DNA of 63,989 nucleotides, filler included, from Fonticula-like sp. SCN 57-25 (taxonomy: Eukaryota), in the NCBI GenBank assembly GCA_001724245.1. It is 8 parts of 8 records of this genome, joined end to end, with 100 filler letters (N's around TTAATTAATTAA, not from the genome) between each part and the next. Parts side by side here need not be neighbours in the genome. Positions count along the whole stretch, not along the records: positions 24,601 to 33,209 come from MEDX01000315.1; positions 33,310 to 41,331 come from MEDX01000316.1; 6 more parts are not named here. One strand, 5' to 3'. Positions within the stretch are counted from its first letter, which is position 1; each line of letters begins with the position of its first letter. Below the pieces are notes generated by a model. It made no database searches, was not told the DNA's origin, and worked only from the letters and a program-made list of their open reading frames with translations. The position numbers and the translations under genes were made by a program. This document shows, piece by piece, positions 24,833 through 38,239 of this stretch.

Positions 24833-26267
24833 TTACCGCCTCGACTGGAGCAGGTGGTCGACCGCCAGCGATAGGTCGCCGTCCGTGGCGAGCAGCGCGG
24901 CGATGATGCGAACGGCGTCGTCTTCCAGCCCCATCTCGCGGATATTGCTGATCTCGGCGGCAAAGCGCGCCTCGTACTCTGGCAGCGATGCGCGGATGGC
25001 GTCGTCGGACGGCACCGGTGGCCGGAACGATGGCATCATTCCCTGGCCGCCGGCACCCGCCATCGCCATGCGCATAAAGGCAGGGTCCTGCATCAGCGAC
25101 TGCATGTGCTGCTGGTTACCGGCGCCCATTCCCGGCGCAAGTCGCCGCATCTAGAAAGGAACAGTGAGCAAATGCCAAGTACACGACTAATAAAGCGGAG
25201 CGCACCCCCTCCATGGCGGCCGGGTCCGACATCATGCTCTGGATCATTGCATTCATATTAGGGTCCGAGAGCATCTGCGACATGCCTGGCGAGCCGCCCG
25301 CGCCGAAAAACGGGTTGCCGCCGCCGCCGCAGAACGGCTGCCGCGATGCCGCGGGCGCCTGTGGCGTGGCGGGCGGGAGCGGCCCCCACGGGTTCGGGAG
25401 CGCGACGTCGTTCGGGCGGTCGGCTGGCGGCGGCGCGCTGTTGTCGCGGAGCGCTGTAAAGGCGGTGTTGGCGTGCTCTGTCCCGCCGAGCTGAGACCTC
25501 GCGGCCTCTTCCATGGGCGACGAGACGCCCTCGTACATGCGGCGGAGCGCGTTAAAACCGCCGGGCATGACTTCTATGTGCTGCATGGCGCGGTCGGCAT
25601 TCCGCTGCATCTCGAGCATGAGGTCGGGGTTCCGCACGAGCTGCATCATTTGGCGCAGCGTCGCGGGGTCGTTTAGGGCGTGGCCCACCTCGGGGTTCTG
25701 CTCAATGACCGCCTGCATCTGCGGGTTTGCCATCATCATCGAGCGCATCAGCTCGGGGTTGTCCATCATGTACTGCATGATTGGCGACTCGGTCACTTGC
25801 CGCATCAGGTTCGGATCATTAAGAAGCTGCTGCTGAAGATTGTCAAACGACCCAGCGGATCCCGCCTGCGGCATCCCGCCTGCGGTACTGCCAGGCCAGC
25901 CAAAGGGGGAGCCAAAGGGGGACGGGGCGGATGTTGGCGCAGGGCGAGGTGGAGATGCGGCAGGCGTCGAGGGCGCGGGGGACGCCGGGGACGCGTAGAC
26001 AACATAGATGGAGTGATTATTCCGGATACCGACCGCCGACAAAATTTCTTCGTCCTTAAGTACACGCCCAGAGTACACCAGGCGCTGGCATTTGGGCTCA
26101 ATATTCGTCTGTGCAACAGTTAGACAAACATATAATCGGGGGTCAAAGGCTGTGCGTACTTCGATGGCGACCACCTCGCGCAAGTCGCCGACGGTGATGC
26201 TTGTGTCAATGTCAATAGCGCACTGCTGCTCGCGCCACTTTAACTGCACGGTGATCACGTCGCCCAT
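24833..26267 (-). CDS. DSK2: Ubiquilin/Dsk2 (UBL-STI1-UBA), multi-exon
   Basis: QRLVYSGRVLKD, STI1 repeats NPELMRSMMMANPQMQ, PGGFNALRRMY, ALPNPW, UBA IREMGL..ALLATDGDLSLAVDHLL. Confidence 0.95.
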
Positions 26268-26539
26268 TGTGGAAAAATATAGGCAAGTGCCGGAAACTAG
26301 TTAAAAGAAACGAAGAGGCAGGCGAGCGGTACGAGTGTACGGCGACCAGCAGCCCGCGGCAGAGTGTGTGCGTAAGTGACGCACTCGCGCACACCAACAA
26401 ACGAAATCACCGGTGGATTCTGGGACAGAGTCTGCCCCAAACATATGACGAGAATGATCTGATTTCGCTGATTTGAGCTGATTGGCCAAAAAATAGGCGC
26501 GAAAAACTCGGTTCAGAGGAGAGCATCACAGCGGAAACA

Positions 26540-26866
26540 ATGTACGCCACAAAGCAGCAGGAAGAGGTTGTGTACGACGACATGGAGGAGGACGAGGAGG
26601 AGCAGTTCAAGCGCGGTTCGTCTCGGTTAAAGCTTGTTCGTTGACTGACGTTTACGCCTGCGTAGACGAGTTCCGCTCGCTGCTGGGCGGCTTCCAGAGG
26701 TACATCGTGCAGCCCTTCCTCGTAGGGCTTTCGGGCGCCATTGGCCTCAGTGTCGGTACGAGCATTCGTGAGCGTACCTTTTACGTGCTTACACGTTGTA
26801 GGTTACGCCATCTTTGACAAACTCTCCGTTTTCTTGCGTGGCACTTCGCGTCGGATCGGCGCGTGA
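26540..26866 (+). CDS. Small acidic single-TM protein, possibly Mim1-like; 3 exons
   Basis: MYATKQQEEVVYDDMEEDEEEQFKR|DEFRSLLGGFQRYIVQPFLVGLSGAIGLSV|GYAIFD; two canonical introns. Confidence 0.5.
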
Positions 26867-26938
26867 TTCTGTATTGTAGACCGAATGGCGGAGCAAAGAA
26901 TACATTATTTTATTGAGTATATTCATGACAAAATACAA

Positions 26939-27702
26939 CTAGGAAGACGGGGCAGGGGTAGCGGAGGTGGGCGGCGTCCTCCGTTCAAGGACGCGGTCTA
27001 TGAGCCCGACCTTGAGCGCCTCCTCGGGCGAAAGAAAAGTGTCGCGCTCCATCATCGCCTCTGCAACATCATGGTCAGAATCAAAGCAAAATAGAAAAGC
27101 CCCGTATGTTGCGCACCGATGGCCTCGAGCGACTGTCCCGTGTGCTTCACATAGATGTTGTTGAGGCGCGTCCGCCAGCTGAGAATCTCCTTGGCCTGGA
27201 TGGCGATGTCGGTGGCCTGCCCCTGCGCGCCGCCAGAAGGCTGATGCACCATGATGCGCGCGTTAGGAAGCGCAGCCCGAGACCCGGGCGCTCCCGCCGT
27301 GAGGAGAAGCGAGCCCATCGAGCTTGCCTGGCCCATGCAGAACGTATGCACCGGGCTCGAAATGTACTGCATGGTGTCGTAGATGGCCATGCCCGACGTG
27401 ATGATGCCACCAGGGCTGTTAATATACATCATAATAGGCTTTTCGGGGTGCTCGCTCTCGAGGAACAAAAGCTGCGCCACGGTCAGGCTCGCCGTGCCGT
27501 CATGCACCGGGCCATTGATCATGACGATGCGCTCCTTGAGCAGACGCGAAAAAATGTCGTAGGCACGCTCGCCGCGCGCAGTCTGCTCAACAACCATAGG
27601 AATCAAGTCAAGGCGCGGCTCCATGGCAGCGCTGCCGAGGCAACGCGCAACAGGCGTGCCAAGGGCACCAATCCTCCGTCCGAGAGCCCGTCCGACAAGC
27701 AT
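26939..27702 (-). CDS. CLPP: Mitochondrial ClpP protease proteolytic subunit
   Basis: [54 protein letters not shown]. Confidence 0.97.
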
Positions 27703-27823
27703 CACGACGAAACAGCACTTGAGGGGCAGCAAATTTGGCTTTTGTGGTTTATTGGCAACAAGCAAACGTAAAATGTAGACAAAAATAGACAAATGAATTT
27801 GTTTTTCAGAGGCCTACAATGAA

Positions 27824-28701
27824 TTATTGTGGCCGGGGAGGCTGGGCGCCGGGGGGGAAGGGCATGCCCGGGGGCATCTGCATACCGGGCGGCATGGGCA
27901 TACCCGGCGGCATCGGCATACCCGGAGGCATAGGCATCCCCGGGGGCATACCCTACGGTGCATAGTCAGCAGGTGGATACATAAAAGAGAAATTGCGTAC
28001 GAAAGGCGGCTGCATTCCCATTGGGGGGCGCATGCCCGGGGGCATCATCGGCATGCCAGGCGGCGGGCGAGCGTAGGCCATGGGAGCACCGGCGACGGCT
28101 ACATGCGCATGAGCAAAAAACACCACAAAACAAAGACATACCGGGCATGGCGGGGTGCATGAGGCTCGGGGCTGGCCCACCGACGCCGGGGACCGGGCCC
28201 ATGAGGCCGACAGGGGCCATGCCCGGGGGCGCCGATACCGGGGCACCGCGGGCGGCGGGCCGGCCGACACCGGGGCCGCCAGTGTGCGAAGCAGCGCGAC
28301 GGCCGTCCTGCAAGACAGCGCGTAAGCACCAAAAAAGAAACGGAATGAAACGCACCTGTGTGGGCGGGGGCGCTTCTACCGAAAGAGACACGATGTTTTC
28401 ACCGCGGAGGATCACGAGGCCGAGCGTGCTGAATCGCGCAAAATGTCAGCACGGAAACAAGAAAAGCCGACAAAAAACAAGAGAAAAAAAAAGAGATGAC
28501 GCACCGCTTCTCCTCGATCTCTGCCTCGCTGCCCTTTGCTTTGCTCTTTGCCTTGATCTGCCTAAACTCCTCGCAGTCGCCGAGGACGAGGTTCATGTGC
28601 TTATCGAAAGCGAGAAACTGGCCGACAATAACGCGCCCATCGAGAAGGGTCACGCGCATGCGGTAGTTGATAAAGTTGATAATTTTCGTCCCGCGCACCA
28701 T
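27824..28701 (-). CDS. SNRPB: snRNP core protein SmB, multi-exon
   Basis: INYRMRVTLLDGR..FLAFDKHMNLVLGDCEEFR, LRGENIVSLSVEAPPP, PPGM repeats. Confidence 0.97.
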
Positions 28702-28912
28702 TCTCGCGGAGGGCTTCTCCCTTGGAGCGGAGCTTGCGAGGCAGCCGGCAAAAGTGTGCTGCGCGGATCAGCAGCAGCAGTTAGAGGAAGAGCGATTTCG
28801 GGGTGTCCAATCCGGACCTATCTCGTTCCGCGAAAGGGGTGGACCACCCCAAAAATCTGGCATCGTTTTGTTTGTTGGTGGGCATCGCACGGCCGTCGAC
28901 CACAACAGCGCC

Positions 28913-31336
28913 ATGACGGAGGCCGAGGACCGCGCCATTCCTCCCACACCGTCGTCGGCGGATGCACGCCTTACGGCCAACGTGGACATTGCGCTGTCCG
29001 ACCCGGCCGCCGATGGCTGGCTTCCGGCGGTAGCGTTTGTTCGCGGGTCAGACCTCCTGTACCGCCTCATTGTTGACGAGCAGCGGCCCGACAAGAAGGC
29101 CAGCGATTCCGTGCGCCTGTCGCGCCGCGCAAGCTCAGTTTTGCCGGACCACGAAGGGCGCGTTGCCAAGCTTGTGAACGCCGCCGAGTTCCGCTCGAAA
29201 AGTGCCGAGAACTTATTGCTGGCCGACAGCGATTGGCAGGTGGGAGCTGCGGGATCGTCACTGCTGCGGCGGCCAACGCGCTTCAGGGACAACGAAAAGC
29301 GCCCTATTCTACCCGCCGCGCCTGTACGCCGTTTATGGGTTTTATCGTTTTGCTGACTTTTGATAGCTTCCCGACGAATCGCTTACTCTAATCAATGTTG
29401 ACGGCGGGTCGGTGACCGACGGCGAGGAGCCGCTTTCTTTGCGCATCAGCGGCCTCGCTGGACCCACGCCATTTTTTAGCGTGCGGTTTAGCAGTCAAGA
29501 GACACTGGAAGAATGGCGGGCTGCTCTATCTGTGCAGAATTTTACCTCGGCGCCGCTTTTGAGCCCACCCGCCCCGGCTGACGAACCCTTGCCGACAACA
29601 GTGGTGCTCGAGACACCGCCGCCGCCGCAGTCGGCCGAGCCCGTACCAGCTGCCGACGAGTCTTTGGTTGACGAAGCGGTTGAAGAGACTGTTGTGTCTC
29701 CATCAATTGATGCGGCGCCAGTGGAGCCGCTTGAAGAGGGCGGCACAGTCGAGCAAGACGCGATTGCGGACCAGGAGGATGAAGTTGCCGCACACGAAGA
29801 AGCTGACGAAGATTCGGGCCTCGCTGCGACTCATGACAATGATGTTATTGAGGCCGCAGAGCCAGATACTGCGCATCACGACGATACTGTTGATGCGGCT
29901 GAGCCAGAGACTGCGCATCATGACGATATTGTTGATGCGGAGTCAGAGGCCGTTGTCGAGCACGACGAAGGGGTAGTAGCAGATGCGCCAACCGTTGAGG
30001 ACGACGCTTTGCCGGCGGAAGTGACGGTAGCGGATTCCATTGACACGGCGGAGAACCCGGCAGAGAGCGCGGCGGTGACGACTGATGAAGTTGATGATGC
30101 CGCCGCTGGTGCAACTGTTGGCGACTCGCTTTCCACGGCGGCTGAAGGTGCCGAGGTGGAGCAGGCGACTCGTTCGGACCCTCTCTCTGTTGATGTCCCC
30201 GACATTGCGGTCGATGCCGATCACGCTGTTGCTACGCCGCGCTCCACCGCGGGCTCGTCCTTGTCCGGCGACGCGGCGGATGCTGCTTCGTCACCGAAGA
30301 GCACGGCGGGTTTCAAGTCGATGACGCTTCCGTCGCGGTCGTACTCTTCGCACTCTTCGCTTGCCGAGGGCGGCGAGAGCGTCGGCCGGTCGTCCCACTG
30401 TATTCCGCATCGCTTTTCGACAGAGAACACGCTCCTTCGCCTGGTAAAGTGCGCCGTCTGCCGCCATACCATCAGGGAAAGGAAGGGTGTCCGCTGCCAA
30501 GAGTGCAACCAGTACTACCACTTGGCCTGCTCGGAGAAGGAGGCGCCAAATTGCGGCCTCGCCAGCATCAACAAGGCGCTCGCCAAGCTGCAGGGGAGCG
30601 GCCAATCACCAATCAGGTACAGCTTTTTTTGTTTTATTTTGCTCATGGCTAACTTGGTGCTTGCAGCTCGACGGTGCGCACGAAAAAGATTGGCGGCGAT
30701 ATTTTTGGCATTTCTCTCGAGGAAGTGATGGCGGGTGACGATGGCGTCCCGCCAATTGTCGGCATTTGCATTGGCGCGATCGAGAGGCGCGGCGGTCTCA
30801 ATTCTGAAGGCATTTACCGCATCTCTGGCGTCAAGTCGGACCTCGAAAAGCTTCGAATTCACTTTGCTTTTGGCCGTCCCAACTTGGACGACGACGTACA
30901 ATGGCCCGACATCAATGTTATCGCCGGCGTGTTCAAGGCCTGGCTTCGCGAGCTCACGCCGCCGCTCCTGACCTACGATCTCTTTTACAGGATAACTGAC
31001 TTGTCTGACCGTGCGTCGCCCCTGTTTCGGTTGCGTTGATTCTTACCTTTGTGCGTAGCCGCCAATGCGTATGCTGTCGACAAGGAAAAGCTGGCGGTGC
31101 TGCTCGAGGAGCTACCCGCAGGCCACCACAGCGTGCTGCGGTATCTCATGGCTCACCTGCGGAGGGTCGCCGACAACACGGCCGTCAACAAGATGATGCC
31201 CGCCAATCTCGCCACCGTGTTTGGCCCCAACCTGCTTCGTAGCCGCGACCAATCGATGGACCGCATTCAGCAGCAGATTGCGGTTGTTGAGGAAATGATT
31301 GCGAGCTACCATTTCTTGTTCCCTTCGTCGGACTAG
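28913..31336 (+). CDS. RhoGAP with C1 zinc finger and acidic linker, multi-exon
   Basis: C1 HRF..CAVC..CQEC..HLAC; RhoGAP IERRGGLNSEGIYRISG, FKAWLRELTPPL, NKMMPANLATVFGPNLL. Confidence 0.92.
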
Positions 31337-31863
31337 TTTTAATGTCTGCCATTTTGTACTTTTATCCTTGTCGCTTCGTTTGATTGCTCTCTTTTTATTC
31401 GTATTCATTGGGCGGGTGTGCAGCCTGTGCCAGTATGAGGTGTCATAATATACTAGTGCATTTTAAAGGAGCTCATTACAAATTACTGATATACTTGTCG
31501 GCTTGAAGACAAAGAAAGGCGGGTCGATCATTGCAGTTTCTCCGCTGCAGCTAGCCGGATATTCACGGCGCCACAGCTTGTGCGACGGCTGCCCAAGCCA
31601 CACCGTTGAACAGTCGGTGCAATGCCAACAAGGAACTCCATGTGCTCGTTGACATTAACAAACCGCACGGTTTGGGATACGATTCGATAGACACGTACCC
31701 CGCTTTTCTGCGACTGCCGGCAGCCACCATTATTAAATTTGAAAGCCCCCCACCGAAGAGATGGGGGTCTATCTTCCCCGTTCTGATGGTGCTCCGCACC
31801 ATTGAACGTTATTTTGAGCGTCATGAGTTCGCCGTCCTCATGACCGCCGTCCTCTATGCTTTG

Positions 31864-32306
31864 GTGCAGCTGGTGGCGTTTGTCGCATTGCAGCGGTTTC
31901 CTCACTGGCAGGAAACAGCTATTCTGAACAGCGAAGACCTACAGGCAACGCTGCTTCCGGGCGCGCTGACGGGCGCTGTAGTGAAGATTGTGCTGCATTG
32001 CTACAACGCCGACCGGGAAACCAAGTATCGCTTGACGATCTAATCTCAAGAAGACGAAAAGCAGCATTATTTCGGAAGCGCGAGACCCTCCAGGGTGGAA
32101 GACTTTGCTAGGTATGGTGGGATTAGTAATATGATGTATAGCTATACCCACGGCCGTACTTAGGAAGAAGCACCATGATCAGGTGACCGCTGTCCCACAT
32201 TCTCCTGTGCAGCAGGTGGCGTTTGTCGCATTGCGAGCGGCGTCCTTATTGCAGGAAACCTCTGTTCTAAAACAGCGAGGCCTTTTAGGCAACGCTGCTT
32301 TCGACG
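31864..32306 (-). pseudogene. Decayed gene remnant containing a ~100-bp degenerate direct duplication
   Basis: 31864-31962 and 32206-32306 share GGTGGCGTTTGTCGCATTGC..GCAGGAAAC..AACAGCGA..AGGCAACGCTGCTT; intron-like GTACGG..CAG segments at 32370-32510; stops and frameshifts. Confidence 0.45.
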
Positions 32307-32577
32307 AAGGTGAGGCCTTGCCGTAGCGGCTCGCAGTTGAACACGCCACTGGTAACGCCGTTCCGATACTCTGGGAAAGTTATTAGCCAACGAATACACG
32401 ACGCAACCAAATGAATACCGTACGCGGCGGTCCCACGGTGCGACGTCCAGCTCACGGTTCAGAGCCTGAGAGGTCAAATCGACGAGGCGAAAAAAATCGG
32501 CATCCGTACGACAGATCAGCTGGCCATCTTGCGAAGCCATAATGTGCTGCACAAAAAACCAATTGTTATACTACTAC

Positions 32578-33208
32578 GGGTCCATTTACTTCGAAAATCA
32601 ATTTTCAATTTTATTATCAAATCCAATTTTCGACCAAAATCAATTAATTTTCAATTTTGGTAAACACAGTCACGATTTGATCTTGATCGAGTTAGGATCG
32701 AGACACTCCATCCAGGCATCCTTGCATCCCAACCCATCAGCACTCAGTGCCACTCACCCGATTCGTCCATGGCTCGCAACGTCAACGAGGCCAGCGCTTC
32801 CCGCCCCTCAGTGCAGGATGATGACTCGTCGGACGATCTGACATCTGCATCATCACATGAACATGGTGGCACGCGATGACGCCGGCAATGGCGCGACGAT
32901 GTGCGAGAGGAAGACGCTGCGGAAGACCGGTGTTCATCTTGGCCACGCACGGGAAAGCACAGCATAGGCGAAAAGAAACGCAGACAGCGCGCCAACGGCG
33001 GCGGTGCCACTGGCCAATCGAGAGGTTTCCCGCCTTTTCAGACGGACCGAGACGGACCGAGACAGACCGAAACGGTCGACTTCGCAGTTCCCGTACAGAA
33101 AATTGAAAAGCCTGTTTATTTACTTCGAAAATTGAAAATTGGTGCCAAAATTGAAAATTAATTTTGGATTTTGCACGATGAAAATTGATTTTCGAAGTAA
33201 ATGGACCC
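32578..33208. mobile_element. Non-autonomous DNA transposon (MITE/deletion derivative), 30-bp perfect TIRs
   Basis: GGGTCCATTTACTTCGAAAATCAATTTTCA (32578-32607) is the exact reverse complement of 33179-33208; further subterminal inverted AATTAATTTTCAATTTTGG; contig ends 1 bp after the right TIR. Confidence 0.88.
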
Positions 33209-33309
33209 TNNNNNNNNNNNNNNNNNNNNNNNNNNNNNNNNNNNNNNNNNNNNTTAATTAATTAANNNNNNNNNNNNNNNNNNNNNNNNNNNNNNNNNNN
33301 NNNNNNNNN

Positions 33310-34661
33310 GGGAGAGGTGCCTTTGGCAAGGTGCGCATCGTCCTCAAGCGCGACGACAAAAAGCTCTACGCGTTGAAGTACATCAACAAGGAGCAGTGTA
33401 TCAAGATGAAAGCCGTTCATAATATCATTCAAGAGCGCAAGTTGTTAGAGGATATCAACAACAATTTTATTGTCAATCTGCAGTTTGCCTTCCAGGACTC
33501 TGAAAACATGTTCATGTACGGCCGCCCCGTTGTTTTGGATTACGTGCTAACGAGTGTGTAGGGTCCTTGATTTGATGTTGGGCGGCGACCTCCGGTACCG
33601 GCTAGACCGCAATGGCCCGCTGGGCGAAGAGTGCACGCGCTTCTACGCGGCGGAAATCGCGCTCGCTCTGGACTACCTCCACTCGCAGCGCATCGTGCAC
33701 CGCGACATCAAGCCCGACAATCTGCTGCTCAATCAGGACGGCCACATTCACCTCACCGATTTTAACGTCGCCGTACGAGTGCGGAAAGATCGCCTTTTAA
33801 CTGCGGCGGCGGGGACGCGAGCCTACATGGGTGCGCTACTAGCTGCTCTCGCGTTGACTGCTGCTGACCACCGCTCGCAGCCCCCGAAATGCTTAGCCAA
33901 AAGATCGAGCAGACGGGGTACTTTACCTCGGTCGACTGGTGGAGCCTGGGCGTTGTGCTGTACGAGTGCCTGTACGGCACGCGGCCGTTCACGGGCAAGG
34001 GCGACGCGCTCACCAACGCAATCCTCACACAAGACTATGTCCTCCCCGCGGGTAAAATGTCGCCCGAGTGCGAAGACGCCGTTCGCTCTGTACGCGCCCT
34101 TTTTGGTTGGTGGTTTGGCTGACCGGATTTGTACAGTTTATGCAAAAGAACCCTGAAAAGCGCCTTGGGTGCGGCCCCGACGGCCTTGAGGACATCAAGC
34201 GCCACCCGTGGTTCCGCGGCCTTGACTGGGACCTGCTCGCCGCCAAGAAGGGGACGCCGCCGTTTGTGCCTGACGTACGCTCCTTTCTTATTCGTTTGAG
34301 CTGCTTGCTGAGCGTTATTTGCAGGCCGCGCGTGTGAATTTCGATGCTACGTATGAGCTTGAAGAGATGCTGCTCGAGGACAACCCGCTCAAGGCGTCGC
34401 CCAGGAGGCGGTCGAGCAACCGGGCGCCTCGCGAGAATGAGTCAAAGTACCAGGAAATCGAGGAAAAGTTTGAGCCGTACTCGATCCGCCTTCCGAAGCG
34501 TACGTCATTTGGCTGCATGTTTGAAAGTGATTGGCTGACGGCTGTTGCGTGTAGATGCCCTGAGCAATCTTTCGACCGCGACAGAGTCGACGATGACAGA
34601 CGAGTCACAGGACCTTATTCAAGAGGTTGATGACGCCAGCTCGGTTCGCAGGGATTCATAG
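33310..34661 (+). CDS. STK32/YANK-like AGC kinase, 5' partial
   Basis: GRGAFGKV, YALKYINK, DLMLGGDLRY, HRDIKPDN, TDFNVA, GTRAYM, NFDATYELEEMLLEDNPL. Confidence 0.9.
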
Positions 34662-34722
34662 CCGCGCGGCCCTTTTTGCAACGCACGGACGGATTCATAG
34701 CCGCGTGCTCTTTTTTGCAACG
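34652..34722 (+). repeat. Short tandem duplication spanning the kinase stop codon
   Basis: GGATTCATAGCCGCG...TTTTTGCAACG occurs twice (34652-34683, 34691-34722). Confidence 0.7.
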
Positions 34723-35299
34723 TACTGCCTCTTGTATTACGACTGAAATTATGTGTTATCGTTTGTATCATGTGCGCCTTTTCATTATGAGCGCCTCTTT
34801 ATTCAACCTTCCACGTGGTTTGTATACCATTCTACTACTCATTCCATATGCCTGCTCACCCCCATTATTACACTATGCCATGTTGCGCGCAAGTGCGCCA
34901 GCGTGCGCGACCCTGTCTTCCTTTTTGCTTATCTCCCCCTATAATTGAGAATTTTGAGCAATGCTTATCTTCCAACGCCTTTAACAAAGTGTGCTTTTAC
35001 TGCTTTTTATGATTTCCTTGCCCATAATGTCCATATTTCCCATAGTAAAAGCCAGCTTTTGTTGCGCAGCCCACCCAGATCGGCGCTCCAAAGATCAAAG
35101 CCGGCAGGTCGGTTTGAAACCAGACATCCATCAATCCATCAATCTGATTGGTCGACCGCGCGCGGCCGTTTCGAAATTCGATTATTCAAAAAAGCCCAAA
35201 CGCGCGTTTGGGCAGTGCACTTGCAGTGGCGCACCCGCGCGTTCGACACGGCACGGGCGGGAGAAAGAAAGAGAGAGTGAGAGAAAATTAACCGCAATT

Positions 35300-37937
35300 A
35301 TGGACGGAATGGTAGCTGTAGGGCCGGCTCCGGCTGCCTCGACGCAGCCGTTGCGGCAGGGTGCCACCACGGCCAAGCCGGCATCCGAGCCCGTCCCCAA
35401 CACCATCTTTAATCCGACGACGCAGCAATCCTTTACGCGCGGAAAGCTGCTAGGAAAGGTTCGTTCAGGGCTAGGGTTCATTTGAAAGTGCTTTTGGTGT
35501 GCTCATGGTTGCTGGTGTTTGCAGGGCGGGTTTGCAAAGGTGTACGAGGCGTTTGAGGATGCGACAGGGACATGGTTCGCCATCAAGGTTGTGGACAAGA
35601 AAATCATCCGCAGCTCGTCTGCCAGGCAAAAGGTGCATATTCGTTGTTTATAATTAAAAGGCGTCCCTTCGAAGCGCTTGTACTTACGTGCCTTCGTGCT
35701 AGTTAATTACCGAGATCAAGATCCACCGGTCGTTGCACCATCAGCACATCGTCCGGTTCCTGACTCATTTCGAAGACACCAAATTTGTCTACATTTTGTT
35801 AGAGCTCTGCGAAGGAAAGGTACACCTTTTTTCTCTATTTGAGTGTATTTTTCTGAACAATCTTGCGTAGACGATTCTCGACATTGTAAAAAAGCGGCAA
35901 GGGATCACCGAGCGCGAGACGTGCTTCTACATGCAGCAGACGCTTGATGCGGTCGAGTACATGCACAAGCAGAATGTCATTCACCGCGACCTCAAGCTCG
36001 GCAATGTATTTTTGAGCGGCTCGGGAGACGTCAAAATTGGCGATTTCGGGTTGGCGACCGTCGTCAAGTTTGACGGCGACCGCAAGACGTGCGTTTTTTT
36101 GAAACCTTTTTTTGCTTCTTCTTACAATTGACAGAACATTTTGCGGCACGCCCAATTACATTGCGCCCGAGCTTCTTGAGCCCAACAGCACGCACTACTT
36201 TGAGGTGGACGTGTGGTCCATTGGCGTGATGATGTTCACCATGCTGGTTGGCCGGCCTCCGTTCGAGACCAAATCAATTCCCGACACTTACGAGTACGCT
36301 AATTTGTTTGTTGTTTCTATTGCTGAATAATGTGCAGGCGTATTCGAAACACGGACTATTCGTACCCCGAGAATGTTCAGATTGCCGACGACGCCAAGGA
36401 TCTCATTGACCAAATGCTTCAGCGTGACCCAGGTGCGCCTTTTCCTATAATATTGCCTTTTTATTGACATGATGTTTAGCAAACCGTCCGGCAATTACGA
36501 CGCTGCGTTCGCACCCCTTCTTTGAGCGGACACGTGGCTGGACTGCTGCGCCGGCGCCCACCTTTGAGTCTGACAAGCCTGCGCCTCGTCGCGCACTTGC
36601 TGGTCTCGACAATCTTGCACGGCCGTCGCTCCGCAGCCTTGCCAAGAGCGAAGTGAACTCGACGGCGCCCACGGCGGCAGAGTCCAAGCCTGCTGTTGCA
36701 CCTGTTGCTGTTGCTGCACCTGCTGTGACTGTTGCACCTGCTGTGACTGCTTCTTTGCCTGAGCCAGTGGCGGTGATTGAGACTTTGCCTGTTGCTGTGG
36801 CGGTTGCTTCGACCGTGTCTGACTCTGATGTCGCTCCTGCTTCACCTGCGCGGCCGGTTGTTGTTGCCGCCGAAGTGTCGCAAGTGGCGTCGGCGATGGA
36901 CCGCGTGGACATTTCAAAGCAGCATGAGGCCGACAAGAGCGCGGCAAAGGAAGAGACAAAGGAGGAATTGGCGCCTTTGCCTTCGGTTGCACAGCGCTTT
37001 TTGGCGCGGCAGTCGCATGGGTCGTCGTCGTCGCACGTGGCCATGTCGTCGCCTGTGCGGTCGTCTCCTCTGCGCTCAGAGGTTGTTGTGCCGTCGTCGC
37101 GTCACAGTCTTCAGATGAAGGCGTATAATGACCTTGTTTCATTGCTTGAGCAAGTCCTTGCAGAGCCTGGTGCGCTTTTTACTATACATATTTGATACTT
37201 TTCTAACATGTGCTTCAGAGAAAATGATTGTGAAGCGCGATGAAGAGTCGCTTTTGACGTCGACGAATGACTACATTGTCAAGTGGGTTGACTATTCGGA
37301 GAAGCATGGGCTCGGATACCAGTTGAGCGGCGGCGCTGTCGGTGTTTACATGACAGATATGACGAGTGTCGTGCTGCATCCGAACGAGCAGTGCGTCACT
37401 TTTTTTGTTGTTTTCTTTTTCTAAACATCTTTTTATAGATACTTTCAGTTGTATGATCACCGCACGGCCACTGGCGCGTGGTTCTCTGCCCTGCAATGCC
37501 CCCCCGAAGCCGAGCAGAAACTGACGACGCTGCACTACTTTAAGACGTACATGCAGGACCGGCTGCAGCGCCATGCCTCTGGCGCCATTCCGTCACTGTC
37601 GGGCGTCGCTCAGCGGCCGTCGGACAGCGACGCTGTGCGGCTGACAAAGTGGCTGCGCACAAAGCACGCCATTTTTTTCCGTCTCAGCAATGATGTATAT
37701 CAGATCAACTTTGCCGACCATGCAAAGGTGATTGTCGATCTTGGCAAGCGCACCATTCGGTATGTTGACAAGACGCGCGAGAGCCAAGTGTGGCTGTTTG
37801 CCGCGGCGGGTGAGGCGTCGGCGGCTGTTCCGCAGCGGTCGTCGCTGAGTCGCGTAAAGTATGTGCGCGATTTGGTCATCAAGCTCATCAAGCTCATTGA
37901 TGCAAAGAACAAGTCGACGGGGCGGCCGAGCCAGTAA
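35300..37937 (+). CDS. PLK1: Polo-like kinase, multi-exon
   Basis: [33 protein letters not shown]; polo boxes [17 protein letters not shown] and [22 protein letters not shown]. Confidence 0.96.
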
Positions 37938-38239
37938 TGCGCATTTTGCTTGAGATTTCGTACAATTTAGCATTTCAGTTCTTTGTTTTATGAATAATAA
38001 TACACCAATTTGGCATAAATTGCAGATAAATTGCATAAAAGTTGGCGTAAACGTAAGGAAAAGTGGCAAGGCGACTTTGACTTTTTCCTATGTATCAAGT
38101 AAAATGACACAGTGCAGCATGGATATGGTAAATTGGCGGGAGATTTGTGGGATTCTGGGCATTGAAAGTGCGCAAAAAAGCAAAAGACAGAAAAGACATA
38201 AAAAACAGATACAAATTTCGTTCTACAACTCAAAAGACG

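Noticed and set aside
29830-29950. 42-bp repeats in the RhoGAP gene (AAEPDTAHHDDTVD)
   Set aside because: Ordinary in-frame low-complexity linker repeats, not a CRISPR-like array
32160-32400. Several in-frame TAA/TAG codons hinting at stop-codon reassignment
   Set aside because: Conserved genes across the window end at TAA, TAG and TGA and have no internal stops; this region is simply decayed
24601-33209. This contig (8609 bp) breaks the otherwise decreasing size order of the contigs
   Set aside because: Most simply explained by assembly extension into the terminal repeat; no foreign insert of matching size was recognisable
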